From: Octopus sinensis
Taxonomy: Eukaryota
Assembly: GCF_006345805.1 (NCBI RefSeq)
Contig: NC_043002.1
Location: 25,358,001-25,422,000 of the forward strand
DNA: 64,000 bases
Reading direction: 5' to 3'
Both the position numbers and the translations under genes were made by a program. Below are positions 26,888 through 39,129 of the stretch, piece after piece (position 1 is the first letter of the stretch; each line of letters begins with the position of its first letter). The notes under the pieces are model-generated. The model was not told where the DNA came from. It searched no databases and saw only the letters and a program-made list of their open reading frames with translations.

Positions 26888-26894
<7 letters not shown>
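26610..26894. repeat. Perfect palindrome: two 142-bp arms around a 1-nt centre (26752)
   Basis: Checked base by base: no mismatch between the arms. Confidence 0.97.
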
Positions 26895-26925
<31 letters not shown>

Positions 26926-27104
26926 TGATGAGCTTCTATCAGTTTCCGTCTACTCAATCCACTCACAAGCTATAGTAGAAGACGCTTACCCAAGGTGCCA
27001 CATAGTGCGACTGAACCTGGAACCATGTTGTTGGTAAGCAAGCTACTTACCACACAACCTGCATATATACACACTTCTATATATGTATATATGCACACAC
27101 ACAC

Positions 27105-27392
27105 ATATGTGGTCTAGTGGTTAGAGTGTTGCCCTCACTATCACTAGATCATGTGTTCGATTCCCAGACTGAGCAGTGTGTTGTGTCTTTGAGCAAAGCA
27201 CTTCATCTCGTGTTGCTCTGTGGTCACTTCAACACCTTTACATTTGTGCACCTGTACAAACAACGTCGATTTGATGGTGAGAGTGAGCTAATGTGCAATG
27301 CATACATTTGATCACTCTAAACAAATCATTTGTGTAGGTCGTTCAGCAAAAAACTGAGCACTCATACATCGTCTTTGACAGGAAAATCCATC
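27105..27392 (+). mobile_element. tRNA-derived SINE, family D
   Basis: A-box-like tggtctagtgg, B-box-like gttcgattcc, then the gagcaaagcacttcat domain; other degenerate copies near 12170, 23035, 49840 and 54495. Confidence 0.7.
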
Positions 27393-27399
27393 ATTATTA

Positions 27400-27965
27400 T
27401 TGGGTTGTCTGGAAAGTTCGTGTCAATTTTTAAAGGAAAGAAAAAGGTCAATAAATACTTGCCATTACATTTTTAATCAACTAAATATGAACCAATTTGT
27501 TGCACAATGCGTCTCCATCTTTCCTTTAACTTGAAAATATGCCCTTCCCAGAATTGAGATGGTTTCATGTCAAAGAGTTCATCAAGGTATCTTTTTATGT
27601 CATCCAAGGAATTGAAATCTTTACTTTTAAGACTATTCTGCAGAAACCTGAATAAGTGGAAATCCAAAGGAGCAATATCTGGTGAATATGGAGGGTGGGG
27701 TAACACATCCCAGCCGAGCTGCAGCAATTTTTGTTTGGTTCCCAAAGCATCAAGTGCAGAAAATGAACTTTCTTATCTTCCATTTTAAATGGTTACAGAA
27801 TTAACACAGGTTATAGGAACATAAACCTTCTTCCATGAAAAGATAGCTTAAACTGTGCTATAAATGGAGGTGTAGTAAAATCCTATTTTATGGACTCAAC
27901 CATGTTCTAAAATAAGTCGCAAAGTAAGCTACTATAAATCGGCACGAACTTTCTGGACAACCCAA
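27400..27965 (-). mobile_element. Internally deleted mariner transposon (566 bp) retaining the transposase C-terminus
   Basis: TA-flanked TIRs ttgggttgtctggaaagttcgtg / cacgaactttctggacaacccaa. ORF 27473..27745 reads WDVLPHPPYSPDIAPLDFHLFRFLQNSL...WRRIVQQIGSYLVD (YSPDLAP motif). Confidence 0.95.
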
Positions 27966-29573
27966 TATAATAATGACAAGGACAGTAGTTTGGTAGGGTT
28001 GTTTGTGTTGAATAAAATTTCTTGTGGTATTCAGTTATAGCTATTTATATTCTGAGTTCAAATTCCACCAATGTTGTCTTTCATCCTTCTGAGATCGATA
28101 AAATGAAGTGCAAGTTGTGATGTTTATTAGAAATCAATTTCAAGAATTTTCTTTTAAAGCAGAGTAATTAAGGAATCCAAGTGATATAAAGAGATATTCA
28201 AAGTGTTGCAGAAATATAGTCTACATAAGGTATTAATGCATATTATTTAGCATTTATATTAATATTGATAGTGTGGGTGAGTGTGTTTGTGTGGTAATGA
28301 AGTGAGATGTGTGTGGTAATGGAAGTGTGTGGATGTGTGTGTATATATGTGGTAACAAAAGTGTATATGTATGTGGTGATGAAAGTGTGTGTGTGTGTAG
28401 TGATAAATGTACATGTGGGGATGGAAGTGTGTGTGGTTACAAAATTGTGTGTATGTGGCAGAAGTGTGTTTGTTTGTATCAATGAAGTGTTTGTGTTGTA
28501 ATTGCTATATCCGTGTGTATGTGGTAATGAAAGCCTTTTTGTGTGCATATCAATGTTGTGTATGTGGTAATGAAGTACATTTGTGTATGTTGTGTTAATG
28601 GAGTGTGTATATCCAATGGAAACGGCATAGTGACTCATCTTTCATGCTTTAACCAAATGTATTCAGAGTAGATTTTTAATGAACATGCTCGAAAAAAAAA
28701 AAAAGAAAGAATGAGAGAAGTCCTATTCAAACTGATGTCTATCCCTTTTAATTCTCTACCTACATCATCATACTATATTTATATTTTCAATACAAAGACT
28801 TAAGCACATTAGAACATTCCTGTAGATGAAGTTAAAAGTCTGCATATTTTTCTAGTGACTTCAAGCATTTACATATGTCATATTAACACTTTTAAAGAAA
28901 TATCTAGTGAATATTTTAATCACTGTGTGTGTGTGTATAATAGGGTGTGGTGGAAGAGAGTTTAAGTAAAAGACCCAAATATGGTGGGGTATATGGTAGG
29001 GAGGAGAGTGATGAATCATTTCCAGATTTAAAGAATTTTGATTGAACTATGTCTTATTTTGGAAGACATCCAAATTGTTTTAAAGATTACGTTCTCTGGC
29101 TTCATATTGTTTCAAGATTTACATATGCGTTGTTTCTGTTCATGGATCTTTCTATCTTTTAATTGTTTTAGTCATTGGATTGAGACCATGCTGGGGCACT
29201 GCCTTGAAGGGTTTAGTCAAACAAATTAACCCCAGTATTTACTTTTCTTTTAAGTTTGGTACTTATTGTATTGGCCGCTTTTACTGAACCCCTAATTTAC
29301 AAAGACACCAATAAACCAGCATTGGTTGTCAAGTGGGAGGTGGGGGAAGGACAAACACACGCACACATGTACATTCAGGAAGCATTCCATATTTTTTAAA
29401 TACACTATATAGTGGTTGACATTAGGAAGGGCATCTATCCCAGGAAACCATGCCAGAGCTGATATAGAGCACACGGCAGCCCTGCTGCTCAAGATCCTGT
29501 CTAATCATCCAACCTATGCCAGCATGAACAACAGTCATCAAATGATGATGATATATACATATATACATATATA

Positions 29574-29783
29574 TTGGGTTGGTGCATAATTATTGTGGGT
29601 TTTTTTCAACAAATTTTATTCCACAATAACAATAACAATATTTAACAAAAGCAGTAATTGCAGTAGATGGTGAATATGCTCGGGAATAATTATTTAAAGA
29701 TGTTTTTGTTATATGTTGCTATTGTTTTTGTTGAATAAAATTTGTTGAAAAAACAAAGCCGCAGTAATTATGCACTAACCCAA
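29574..29783. mobile_element. Mariner-derived MITE (210 bp), foldback
   Basis: TA TSDs; TIR ttgggttggtgcataatta / taattatgcactaacccaa; inner inverted block tttttcaacaaattttatt / aataaaatttgttgaaaaa. Confidence 0.85.
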
Positions 29784-29784
29784 T

Positions 29785-30292
29785 AAATCATCATCATCAT
29801 CGTTTAACGTCTGTTTTCCATGCTGGCATGGGTTGGATGGTTTGACTGAGGCTGCACCAGGCTCAATCTGATCTGGCAAAGTTTCTACAGCTAGATGCCC
29901 TTCCTAATGCCAACCACTCCGAGAGTGTAGTGGGTGCTTTTATGTGCCACCGGCATGAGGGCCAGTCAAGTGATTCTGGCAGCAACCACTCTCAAAGGTG
30001 TTTTTTACGTGCTACCTGCACGGGAGCCAGTCCGACGACACTGGCAACGACCACGCTTGAATGTTGCTTTTCACGTGCCACCGGCACATGTCCTAGTAAG
30101 GCGACGCTGGTAACGATCATGCTCGAATGGTGCTTTTTATGTGCCGCCGGCATGGGAGCAAATCCATGGCCCTGGCAACAATCACACTTAGATTTGCTTT
30201 TAACATTCCACTGGCACGAGGGGCACTCATAAGTGGGCTGGTTACACCCCACACTTGGATGTGCTTTTAATGTTCCACTGGCACGAGTGCCT
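29785..30292 (-). mobile_element. RTE-3'-related (CAT/GAT-tailed) element with six ~65-bp hairpin-bearing internal repeats
   Basis: (cat)n tail, family core gatgcccttcctaatgccaacc, then repeated gcttttt.gtgccaccggcac units. Confidence 0.8.
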
Positions 30293-32753
30293 ATATATAT
30301 ATATATATATAATGTGCTTCAACAGTTTTTATCTACCAAATTCACACACAAGGCATTAGTCAGTTCAGAGCTATAGTAGATGACACGTAATCAGGGTGCC
30401 ATGCAGTGGGACTGAATTCGAAACAATGTTGTTATAATGCTAGCTTCCTAATCACACAGTTATGTCTGTGCTTATTATTAAAATTCTTTGAGCTGGTAAT
30501 TCAACTCCTGCTTCTGAAGAATTAGTGGATAAAAAAAATATCTAATTTCTTCAAGTAATTTTCCCCAAAATGTCTGCTATATACTCTAAAATATACAATG
30601 TTTCATTAGCATCCAACAACTTCTTTTTGCAATGGCCTTCTCAGTTTTTTACATTTGTCCATGGCCCAGACATTTAGATCGTATTCCTTTTTTTTATTCG
30701 CTTGTTCATTTTAGGTCTTTTTTTATATTTGTCTGTACTGGTGCAAGCTGGTTGGATACTTATTTGAGGCATTATTTTTAAGCCTGGATTCTATTCTTGT
30801 CATCAAGTCTTTCATGTAATGAATATTTTATTGCACTATTTTGGAACTGCAGAGCAGTGGAATGTTGGTGTTGACTGAGAATGAAAACACAACCACACCA
30901 ACTTTTGCTCAGTTGATTTCATATGGGAAGTGTAAATTACAACTTTCATGTACACACGCATATGTGCAAATACACACACATATTGCACAATGGGCCTCCA
31001 TGCAGTTCTGTTACTAGTTACACCTAAAAAGCACTGGTTGGGCCAAGTAGTTGTAAAAGACTCTTGCCCATGAAGGTGCTACACAGTGGGACTGTGATTG
31101 TAGAGTAAAATTTCTTAACCACATGACAATTCCTGTACCTGTGGCTATATCTGCAAAAAATATCTTATTTCCTTTGGCAATCATGACACAAAAAAACTGT
31201 CTAAAATCTATCAGCTGCTCACCCATAGATAAGTTAAAAAGTGGAAAATTTTTAGGAAAAGTTTGATGTTCAGAGAGAACACCTAAGCAACCCACTTGTG
31301 GTCTGCAACCCAGCTGTTACAGATGTCAGGATTGCATAATACACTGTGCTGACTACATTCAACATTTAATTTCACGTATTGGGAAACTTTTTTTTTTTTT
31401 CACTTAAGACAGAAAAGCTTGCAGCTATGTCTGGGTGGTTAAGAAATTCACTTCACAAATGTGTCCTTCCAAGTTTAATTTCATTGTGCAGTACCTTGGG
31501 CAAATTTTGAGTAACCTTGTGAGTGAAATTTGGTAGATGAAAACTATGTGGAAGCTTATTTGAGGGACTGTTCTTGTTGTTGGGTGGGTAGATTTAATTT
31601 GTTGCCTGGTTTAACACATCCATCTAGCACACTGGGTACATTTAATAGAGCCCATTCTGCTGCAGCATTTATGAGGATAATGTTCTTCCTCCCACCAAAC
31701 TTGGATGCCCTAATAAAGGATCACAGGTAAAAAATTTGAACTCTTGACCATGCTGGTGACATGTAAATAAAACACTCACTACACTCTATAAAGATGTTGC
31801 TATTAGGAAGGGCATCCAACTGTAGAAACCAAGCTAAAACAGATGACAGGAGCCTGGTGCAGCTCTCTGACTTATCATTCCAACCAAACTGTCTAATTCA
31901 TGCAGCATGGAAAATGGATGTTAAATGATGGTGATGATGATGATGATGACCTGGATTATTTACTCTGTCATTTTTCGATTTGTGTAGGTTCAGATATAAC
32001 TGTATTGTTACAAAATCTGCTTTGAAGCTACATAATTTCAGGTTTAGTCCCACTGTACTGCATCTTGGGTAAGTATCTTCTGCTCTGACCCCAGGCCAGC
32101 CAGAACCTTGTGAGTGAATTTGATAGATGGAAACAGCTTAGTTGTCTGGACTGATTATAATTAGACATGATGGCCATTAATATACTACTATGAACTGTAA
32201 TATGTACACTGCTTACCTACTTAACACCTAATTCAGACTAAGAAACAGAATGACTGGATCAAGAGTAAGCGGGGCATGCCTTGATAGGGTAGTAGGTAGC
32301 CAATAAGTAGAAATGATTTATAGAGAGATAAGCAACTGGTTAGTTTTATCAGTAAAAAAAATTAGGTACGTTAAGTTTGATATATTGTTTTGAAAGTGGG
32401 TAGATTAGGTACATATGAAGTATATGGGGACAAAGATTATGTGAGCTGGCTGATTAAGATAGTTTACCAGAGGATAGATCTATGAGACTTTGTTGCTTAC
32501 CTATTATTAAAAAAAGCTAACTGGAGATAGTAGGTAAAGTAAACCATTAGCCTGAAGTCATTAGTGCAAGTATTTTCTTGAGGTGAGGTGAACAGAAATA
32601 ATCCTGAAAATTAAGGAATGTTTAGGGTTTTGTGTTAAGTACCACTGTTAAACCTTTTAAGTTGTTAAGAGTGTACACATGTGTGTGTGTATGCGTGCAC
32701 ACACACACACATACACACTGATGCACTACACATGTATACATATATTTATATAT

Positions 32754-32890
32754 ACAGTAAAACCTCGAGGTACAAGTGCACCATTGTATGAATAATTTGC
32801 TGTATGAGCCAAGGTTTGTGCAAATTTTTGTCTTGAAGAACAAGTGGAAATTTGCAATATGAGTGAGCTTCATACAAGTGTCTTTCACGT
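32754..32890 (+). mobile_element. Possible pogo/Tigger-like left-end remnant
   Basis: ta-cagtaaaacctcgaggtac start resembles a pogo/Tigger TIR; no matching right end found. Confidence 0.3.
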
Positions 32891-33020
32891 GTGTGTGCAT
32901 GTATGTGTACAAGTATGTATGTATGACTGAAACTCATTCACGACTACCATTTGATGTCAAAGCAATGAGACAAGTATACGCGCAATAGCATTCACAGACA
33001 TACATGCATAAATACATGCA

Positions 33021-33067
<47 letters not shown>

Positions 33068-33339
33068 CTGGTTTCTTTCAGTTTCTGTTTGCCAAGTCCA
33101 CTTGTATATAAGCAGTTGTTTGTTTCCAGTCTTCTGTGAAAACATATCTGGACATGAGAAAAGATTTCCTTGCTTGGAAATAAGGGAAAGTTGGTGATAG
33201 GAAGAGCATCCAACTATTGATAATCTGCCTGTGAATGTCATCTGACCAGTGCAAGCATGGTAAAGTAGACATTCAAAAACAATAACGATGATGTTGATGG
33301 CTTTATTATGTTTCAGAATGTTATCATTGTTGCTGTTAA

Positions 33340-33545
33340 GGTGGCAAGCACAATGGATAAATGTTTAGCATTTAGTCAGTCTTCACATTCTGAGTTGAAA
33401 TTTTGCTGAGGTCAACATTGCCTTTCATCCTTTTAGGGCCCCGATAAAGCAAGAACCAGTTGAGCACTGCGGTCGACGTAATTGGCTACCCCACCCTGCC
33501 GAAATTTCAGGCCTTGTCCCTATAGTAGAAAGGGTTGTTGTTGTT
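33340..33545 (+). mobile_element. SINE family C copy
   Basis: aaggtggcaag head, core and ccttgtccctatagtagaaa tail. Confidence 0.7.
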
Positions 33546-34436
33546 AAGCGAAACATTAAAATCTAATGTAATGGATTATTGTAGATTATATACTCTTGTA
33601 GTAGTTGTTTTATACATACTTGAGTTTGAAGTCAATTTAGGTGCCCAAATCATGATGTGTATTATACATGTTACTATATTATATATGGATTTTTGTTGTA
33701 TATAGTTTGAGAAATTGAAGTCACATAAAGTCAGTTATTAACAGTTTATCTTGTTAGCTATTTAATGATAATGATATCAATCATACAGTATTGAGTATCC
33801 TTGTCTCAACCAGTTCTGCCCTACCCTCACTGTATCTAAGTGTTTTTCTTTAAACTAATCTGTTTTGATAACTTCAAGTATGTCACCTGTGTTATCTGAA
33901 CACCATATTGATAGCAAATAACAACAGTTTTTTTCCATGTGTTCCTTCTCACAGTTATATATTTTTCTTTTTGTTTGTTTGCTGTTGGTTTATAGTCACA
34001 GGTCATTTATGATCCAGAAAACTTATGATCATAAGCATTCCAGTTGTGACCATCCACCCACTCTGTCTTAGATATCTAGGGCTACATTACACTGGTCTAA
34101 ACAATTTCAAAGTGAAGGCAGTTTTTAGGCTAATTTTAATGGAAAGGCACTGATTCCAAATAAATCATCAGATTTTGTGTACCATATCAACTTTAATTAC
34201 TAAGCACCATAGGACAGGAATATAAAACTATCTACTTTTGGCATTTTAAGAAAATTACGGATAGTATTAATTCTTTGTTTCAGACCATTTTATTTCATCT
34301 GAAATTGAAGTAGTTTCTACAAAATATTTTTAAAGATAAAAGTCAAGTTAATTTCTTACATTGCCTATAATAATACCACACTCACCTAGTTACCATATTA
34401 CAGTGAAAGAGTCCAAGAGCAACCTTGTAAGATCAA

Positions 34437-34654
34437 CCCTTTAGCATTCAGCTTTCTCTGTCAAATATAATGCTTATTTATTCACATTTTATATAATTGA
34501 TCATGTATTATCTCAGCTTAGAGACATCAAAGATGTGATTGTTTATTTTTAGAATGACATTGTAGTGTAGGTGTGAGATGCTGAATCTGGTCAGTTTGAA
34601 CATATAACAGGTAGAATATTTGGGCCAGATATGGCCAGTTTAAATGCTAAAGAG
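34437..34654. mobile_element. piggyBac-like MITE
   Basis: tcaa-ccctttagcatt ... aatgctaaagag-ttaa; same family as 58679-58897. Confidence 0.75.
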
Positions 34655-35199
34655 TTAAGGATCTTTCTAGATTTGGTAGAAGGGAAGGGAGCAAATTGAT
34701 CACATCCATGTTCAACTGGTGCTTATTTTTTCTACCCCAAAAGGATGAAAGGCAGAGTCAACTGTAGCAGCATTTGAAGCTAATGATAGAGACAAATACC
34801 TACATCATCACCATAAAGCATACAGGACATTATAGTGCAAAAAAAAAAGCATTTTCCTGATTAACTTTTGAAAACGGAGAGAGTATCTGCCCTAGGTTCT
34901 TAAGATACAGGTAACAATTGTTATAACCTGAGAAAGGCTCTAAAGGAGGTAAACTCTTCTTTATGAAGAATAGCCTGTAACTTTGAAAAGTCTTGGCAGT
35001 GGGACTACAAACAGATAATTTTCCTAGGTTTACTTGTATACAATGCTAATCTAGGATAGTGCTTTATTGTTAAGCACAGGCACTTTCTCATTTATTCCAG
35101 CATTAGCTTGTTGTATCTTCATGTAGTCTCAAGCCCAAGGAAAATTTTAATTCTATATTTCTGGTTTGTTTGTCATTACCAAGTCAAAGTTGTAATCTA

Positions 35200-35370
35200 A
35201 TATTATTAATACTAGAAAGTGTATGAAGTATCAGCACAACCCAGATATCTTGTGTTATATTTGTGCAGTGGCAACTTGAGACAGAATTTTGTCTGAAGTG
35301 CATATTTCATGTATTTTGGAGTAAAATTGGGTAATCAAGACACTCTATGGGTTTCTCCTTCTGTTAGCTG
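35200..35370 (+). pseudogene. Decayed N-terminus of a DNA-transposon transposase, superfamily not assigned
   Basis: Frames read KCMKYQHNPDILCYIC and, after a shift, AYFMYFGVKLGNQDTLWVSP. This resembles the PDxFCYIC...YFGxKLGDQDKxWAP motif I recall from invertebrate transposases. Confidence 0.55.
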
Positions 35371-36589
35371 AAACTGTGTTGTATTTAATGCAATGCCTTA
35401 GCAATGATGTTGTTTTACACTGTGTAAACATTGTTGAGACATATGAGAAGACCTAACCGCATACAATATGCACTCAAAATGTGTGCACCCCACTATACAC
35501 AACTGGTTTCTATACAATTTTGGTCGACCAGTTTAACTTGCAAGCCATTGGTCTGCTTGGGGCTATAATAGACATTTGCCCACATTACTATCCTGTGAGA
35601 ATGAACCCAAAATTATGTGTTTGCAAAACTGACTTTTTAACCATATATCATATCCTATGCTTGACTATTACTGACTTGTGAAGTTATCAAGCAGTGTCTG
35701 TAATGTGTATGACAGATCCAGAGTATCTGTTACTTGTAGGACATATCTCAAGCTTCTGTTATATATACAACTGATCTGGTTATTGGCCAAGTTTATCATG
35801 AAGATTCCTCTCCTGTCTTCCTTTGACAGTGTTTGTCTTGGCTATGGTGGACAAAATTGAGAGGATGAAGGCTAAATTTTCATCATATTTTTCAAGTGCC
35901 TCTTTTTTTAAGAGTAAAGAGGGAAATGTTGCTCTTCTGAAAACTTGCTGACAAATGGAAGAGAATGGCATGAATGGTCAGTGGAAGTGAACTGTTCTGA
36001 AAATATGCTTGTAGGTTTGTGAGTTGAATTTTGGAAGGGTCACTTGCCTTGTTAATTAAGCTAGTCTGTTTTGTAAAGGAGTTTTCTTAACTGGCCCTAG
36101 GTAGGTGACCCCTTTTGGGATACACACTCACTTTTATATAATGATGGTGCTACGTAAGATGTGCAGCTAGTACACTCTGTAAAGTGGTTGGTATAAGGAA
36201 GGGTACTCACCCTTAGAAACCAAAGAAGAAACAAATGGTGAGATGTTGGCCTCCAACCCATCTTGCTGAGTAGTACCTCAGAATAGGTGCTGATTCTGGC
36301 TATGATAATTCATGACAACATGGAAAACAGAGGTAAAATTGTGGTGATGATATATTTTCAGTTATGAAATTGACATCAATGGTTTCATACAACTGATATA
36401 TCAGCCACTCACAAAATATTGATCAGCCAAAGACTATAATAGAAGTCATTTGTTTATAGTACTGTATTGCTGGAATGAACCCAAAATTTGCAGTCATAAA
36501 ATTAACATTTCAACCATAAAACCATACACCTGAATATTGCTTGTTGTGTGTAGGACAGATCCAGAGCGTCTCTAACTTGTGGGATAGTA

Positions 36590-37115
36590 CTATATTTTAT
36601 TGACCCGGAAAGGATGAACGGCAAAGTTGATCACAGCAGAATTTTGACTCAGAATGTAAAGAGCCTGAAGAAATACTGCAAGGCATTTTGTCCAATGTTC
36701 TAACAAATCTGTCGATCCAACACCCCGGGAAGGTCATAAAATATGCAGACTTGAGAATAAATGTTGAGAGAATGTGGAATATGAAAGCAACATCTGGAAG
36801 AAATTCTATTAATCATTTTGTTTGATATGCTAGCAATTCTGCCAACTCCATTACCTTAATAATAATGATAATAATATTATTTATAATGGCTTCAAATTTT
36901 GGTGTAAAGCCAGCAATATTTAGAGGAAGGAATAAGTCAATTGCATTAACCCCAGTACTTGACTGGTACTTTACTTTATGACCCTGTAAAGATGAAAGGC
37001 AAATTTGATCTCTGCAGAATTTGAACTTAGAATGTAAAGCACCGGAAAAATGCTGGTAAGTATTTCATCCAATACAGAAACAAGTTTGACAGCTTGACAC
37101 TTTATTATTATTATT

Positions 37116-37148
<33 letters not shown>

Positions 37149-37149
37149 C

Positions 37150-37184
<35 letters not shown>

Positions 37185-37670
37185 CATAATAATAATAATC
37201 TTCCCTGCTCTAGACACAAGGCCTGAATTTTTTTTGTGGGAAGGGGACTACATTAGTTGATTACATTAACCCCAGTACTTGACTTGAACTTATTTCTTTG
37301 ACCCCGAAAGAGTGAAAAGTGAGGTCAACCTCAGCAGAATTTGAATCCAGACCATAAAACCAGAAGAAATGTCACTAAGCATTTTGTTTGGTGTACTAAT
37401 GATTCTGCCAGCTTACCATCTTTTATAATGATAATAATAATAACTGTTTCTACTATAGGTATAAGGCCTGGAGGTCTGTGGCGAGGGGCTGGTCAGTTAC
37501 ACGTTGACTGATAATTGTTTTTACAACCCCAAAAATATGAAAGGGCAAAGTTGATCTTGGTGGAATTTGAACTCAGAACATAAGGTTGGCAGAAATGCTG
37601 CTAAGCATTTAGTCTGGTGTGTTAATGATTCTGCCAGCTCACTACCTTAATAATAATAATAATTATTATT
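36590..37670 (-). mobile_element. Cluster of about four family C SINEs in one orientation, separated by (AAT)n tracts
   Basis: Repeated gatgaaaggcaaa..gatc....agaatttgaact core near 36610, 36990, 37310 and 37540; (aat)n at ~37100-37200 explains ORF 36971..37219. Confidence 0.75.
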
Positions 37671-37679
37671 ATTATGTTT

Positions 37680-38290
37680 TCTTTATTAATCACTAAGGGT
37701 CCACAAGTAACATTGGGTACAGTGCAAAATAATACAATGTGGGGTTTATGAAAGGCGTGTAAAAAATAAAAAAAACTAGAAAAATACTAATTTTAACAAT
37801 GAATGATTCCCCAAATGAAGGAGAGTTCCTAAGGCTGCTTGTGGAAACCCCACAAAATCGCGGATTTCCTTACCACTAGGGCAAGTGCCCTCTCCACATT
37901 GTCTACAGGTGCATGTTTTGAGTAGGTCTGTTCACTCGAACCATTCTTACCCCACATTTACCCACCTTTTAGCAAATTTGCTGGTGGGTGGGGGGAGCAC
38001 ATTCCTCTCTCCCCTCACTTTCCTTTTCAAGTGAAACTTGAAAAAGTTAATGAGGGTTTGGCCACCACACAACCTCTTTCGCTAAGGTCAAATGACAAAG
38101 AAACATTGCCTGTCCTTCCCAGTCAAAGAAAGACAGTGGAAAGATCTTCACAAGGGACTCTCTCATTATTTTTGATATTATTAATATTGCATACAGGTAG
38201 GAGAGTAAAAGAAATAGTTGTGTGCCAGGTTTAACTCCTTGTGTAGTTTATGTTAGAAAAATCAGTTCCGTCTATGTACTTGTGTACTGG
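37680..38290 (-). mobile_element. Tx1/L1-clade LINE 3' end
   Basis: Minus-strand frames give LAKEVVWW, LINFFKFHLKRKVRGERNVLP and KFAKRWVNV. Confidence 0.7.
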
Positions 38291-38405
38291 GGTTGGTGTG
38301 GGGGAATTTCAAAGGACAGAACTTTTTCCTTTCTCTGTACTTTTGTTTGCCTCATGCATATGTGAAAAGATTAATGTTAATGATTTTTGCTATTATTAAT
38401 TTCAG

Positions 38406-38767
38406 GGTATTGGAGAATTGGAGTGGCAACGTGACCATGGATTACCTGGGGATAGACAAGATGGCGCACTGTCGCCAAGCAAGAACATTAATCGCAACAA
38501 TGCATTTCACCATAAGGAAAGGTTACCGGTGGAGGGTAACATTATTATTGAACCACAACTTGTGATGGACACAACAGGTAGTGTTGTAAACATACAACAA
38601 ATGGACAGTTCGGGTAAAGTGCACTGGAGTCAGTTTGATGCTGATAAATACATTGCCAAAAAGGCACTGAAACCAGGAGAGGACAGCTATGCTAGGAACA
38701 AATTTAATCAAGCTGCAAGTGATAACGTCAAGATGACAAGGGATCTACCAGATGACCGAAATTATCA
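38406..38767 (+). CDS. GALNT2: Internal coding exon of a polypeptide N-acetylgalactosaminyltransferase 2-like gene (stem region up to the start of the GT-A catalytic domain)
   Basis: Acceptor ttaatttcAG at 38404-38405, phase 0. Open frame GIGELEWQRDH...[52 protein letters not shown]. Donor CA|GTAAGT at 38768 (phase 2). The C-terminal half matches my recollection of human GALNT2 [52 protein letters not shown]. Confidence 0.92.
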
Positions 38768-39129
38768 GTAAGTTAACATTGTTTTTTCTCTTGTTGTACT
38801 AGAGCAGCGAAAGAGCAGAAAAATGGAGTATGTTATGTTCTGAGTTTACAGTTTTGATGAGGTTGGGTTTTTGTGGGTCAACATCAACAGGAAAGGCCTG
38901 AGCATAACAGGCTAGTTTTTGGGATGTGGTCCTAGCTTTATTAAGTGTTGTGCTTTCATCAGGACAGATACTTGGTGATTTGTAGAGTTTCAAAACAAAG
39001 AAATATCTTATGGCACCTATTCATTTCTTTTTACTCTCTCAATTTAAATCCTGCTGGAATGAACTTTAAACCTTCATCTTTCGATATTGATAAAATATGT
39101 ACCATTCAAGTAAAGATTGTGTCACAATG

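Noticed and set aside
29930-30292. CRISPR-like repeat-spacer appearance
   Set aside because: Eukaryotic context, spacers homologous to each other, no cas genes; it is internal to a retroelement.
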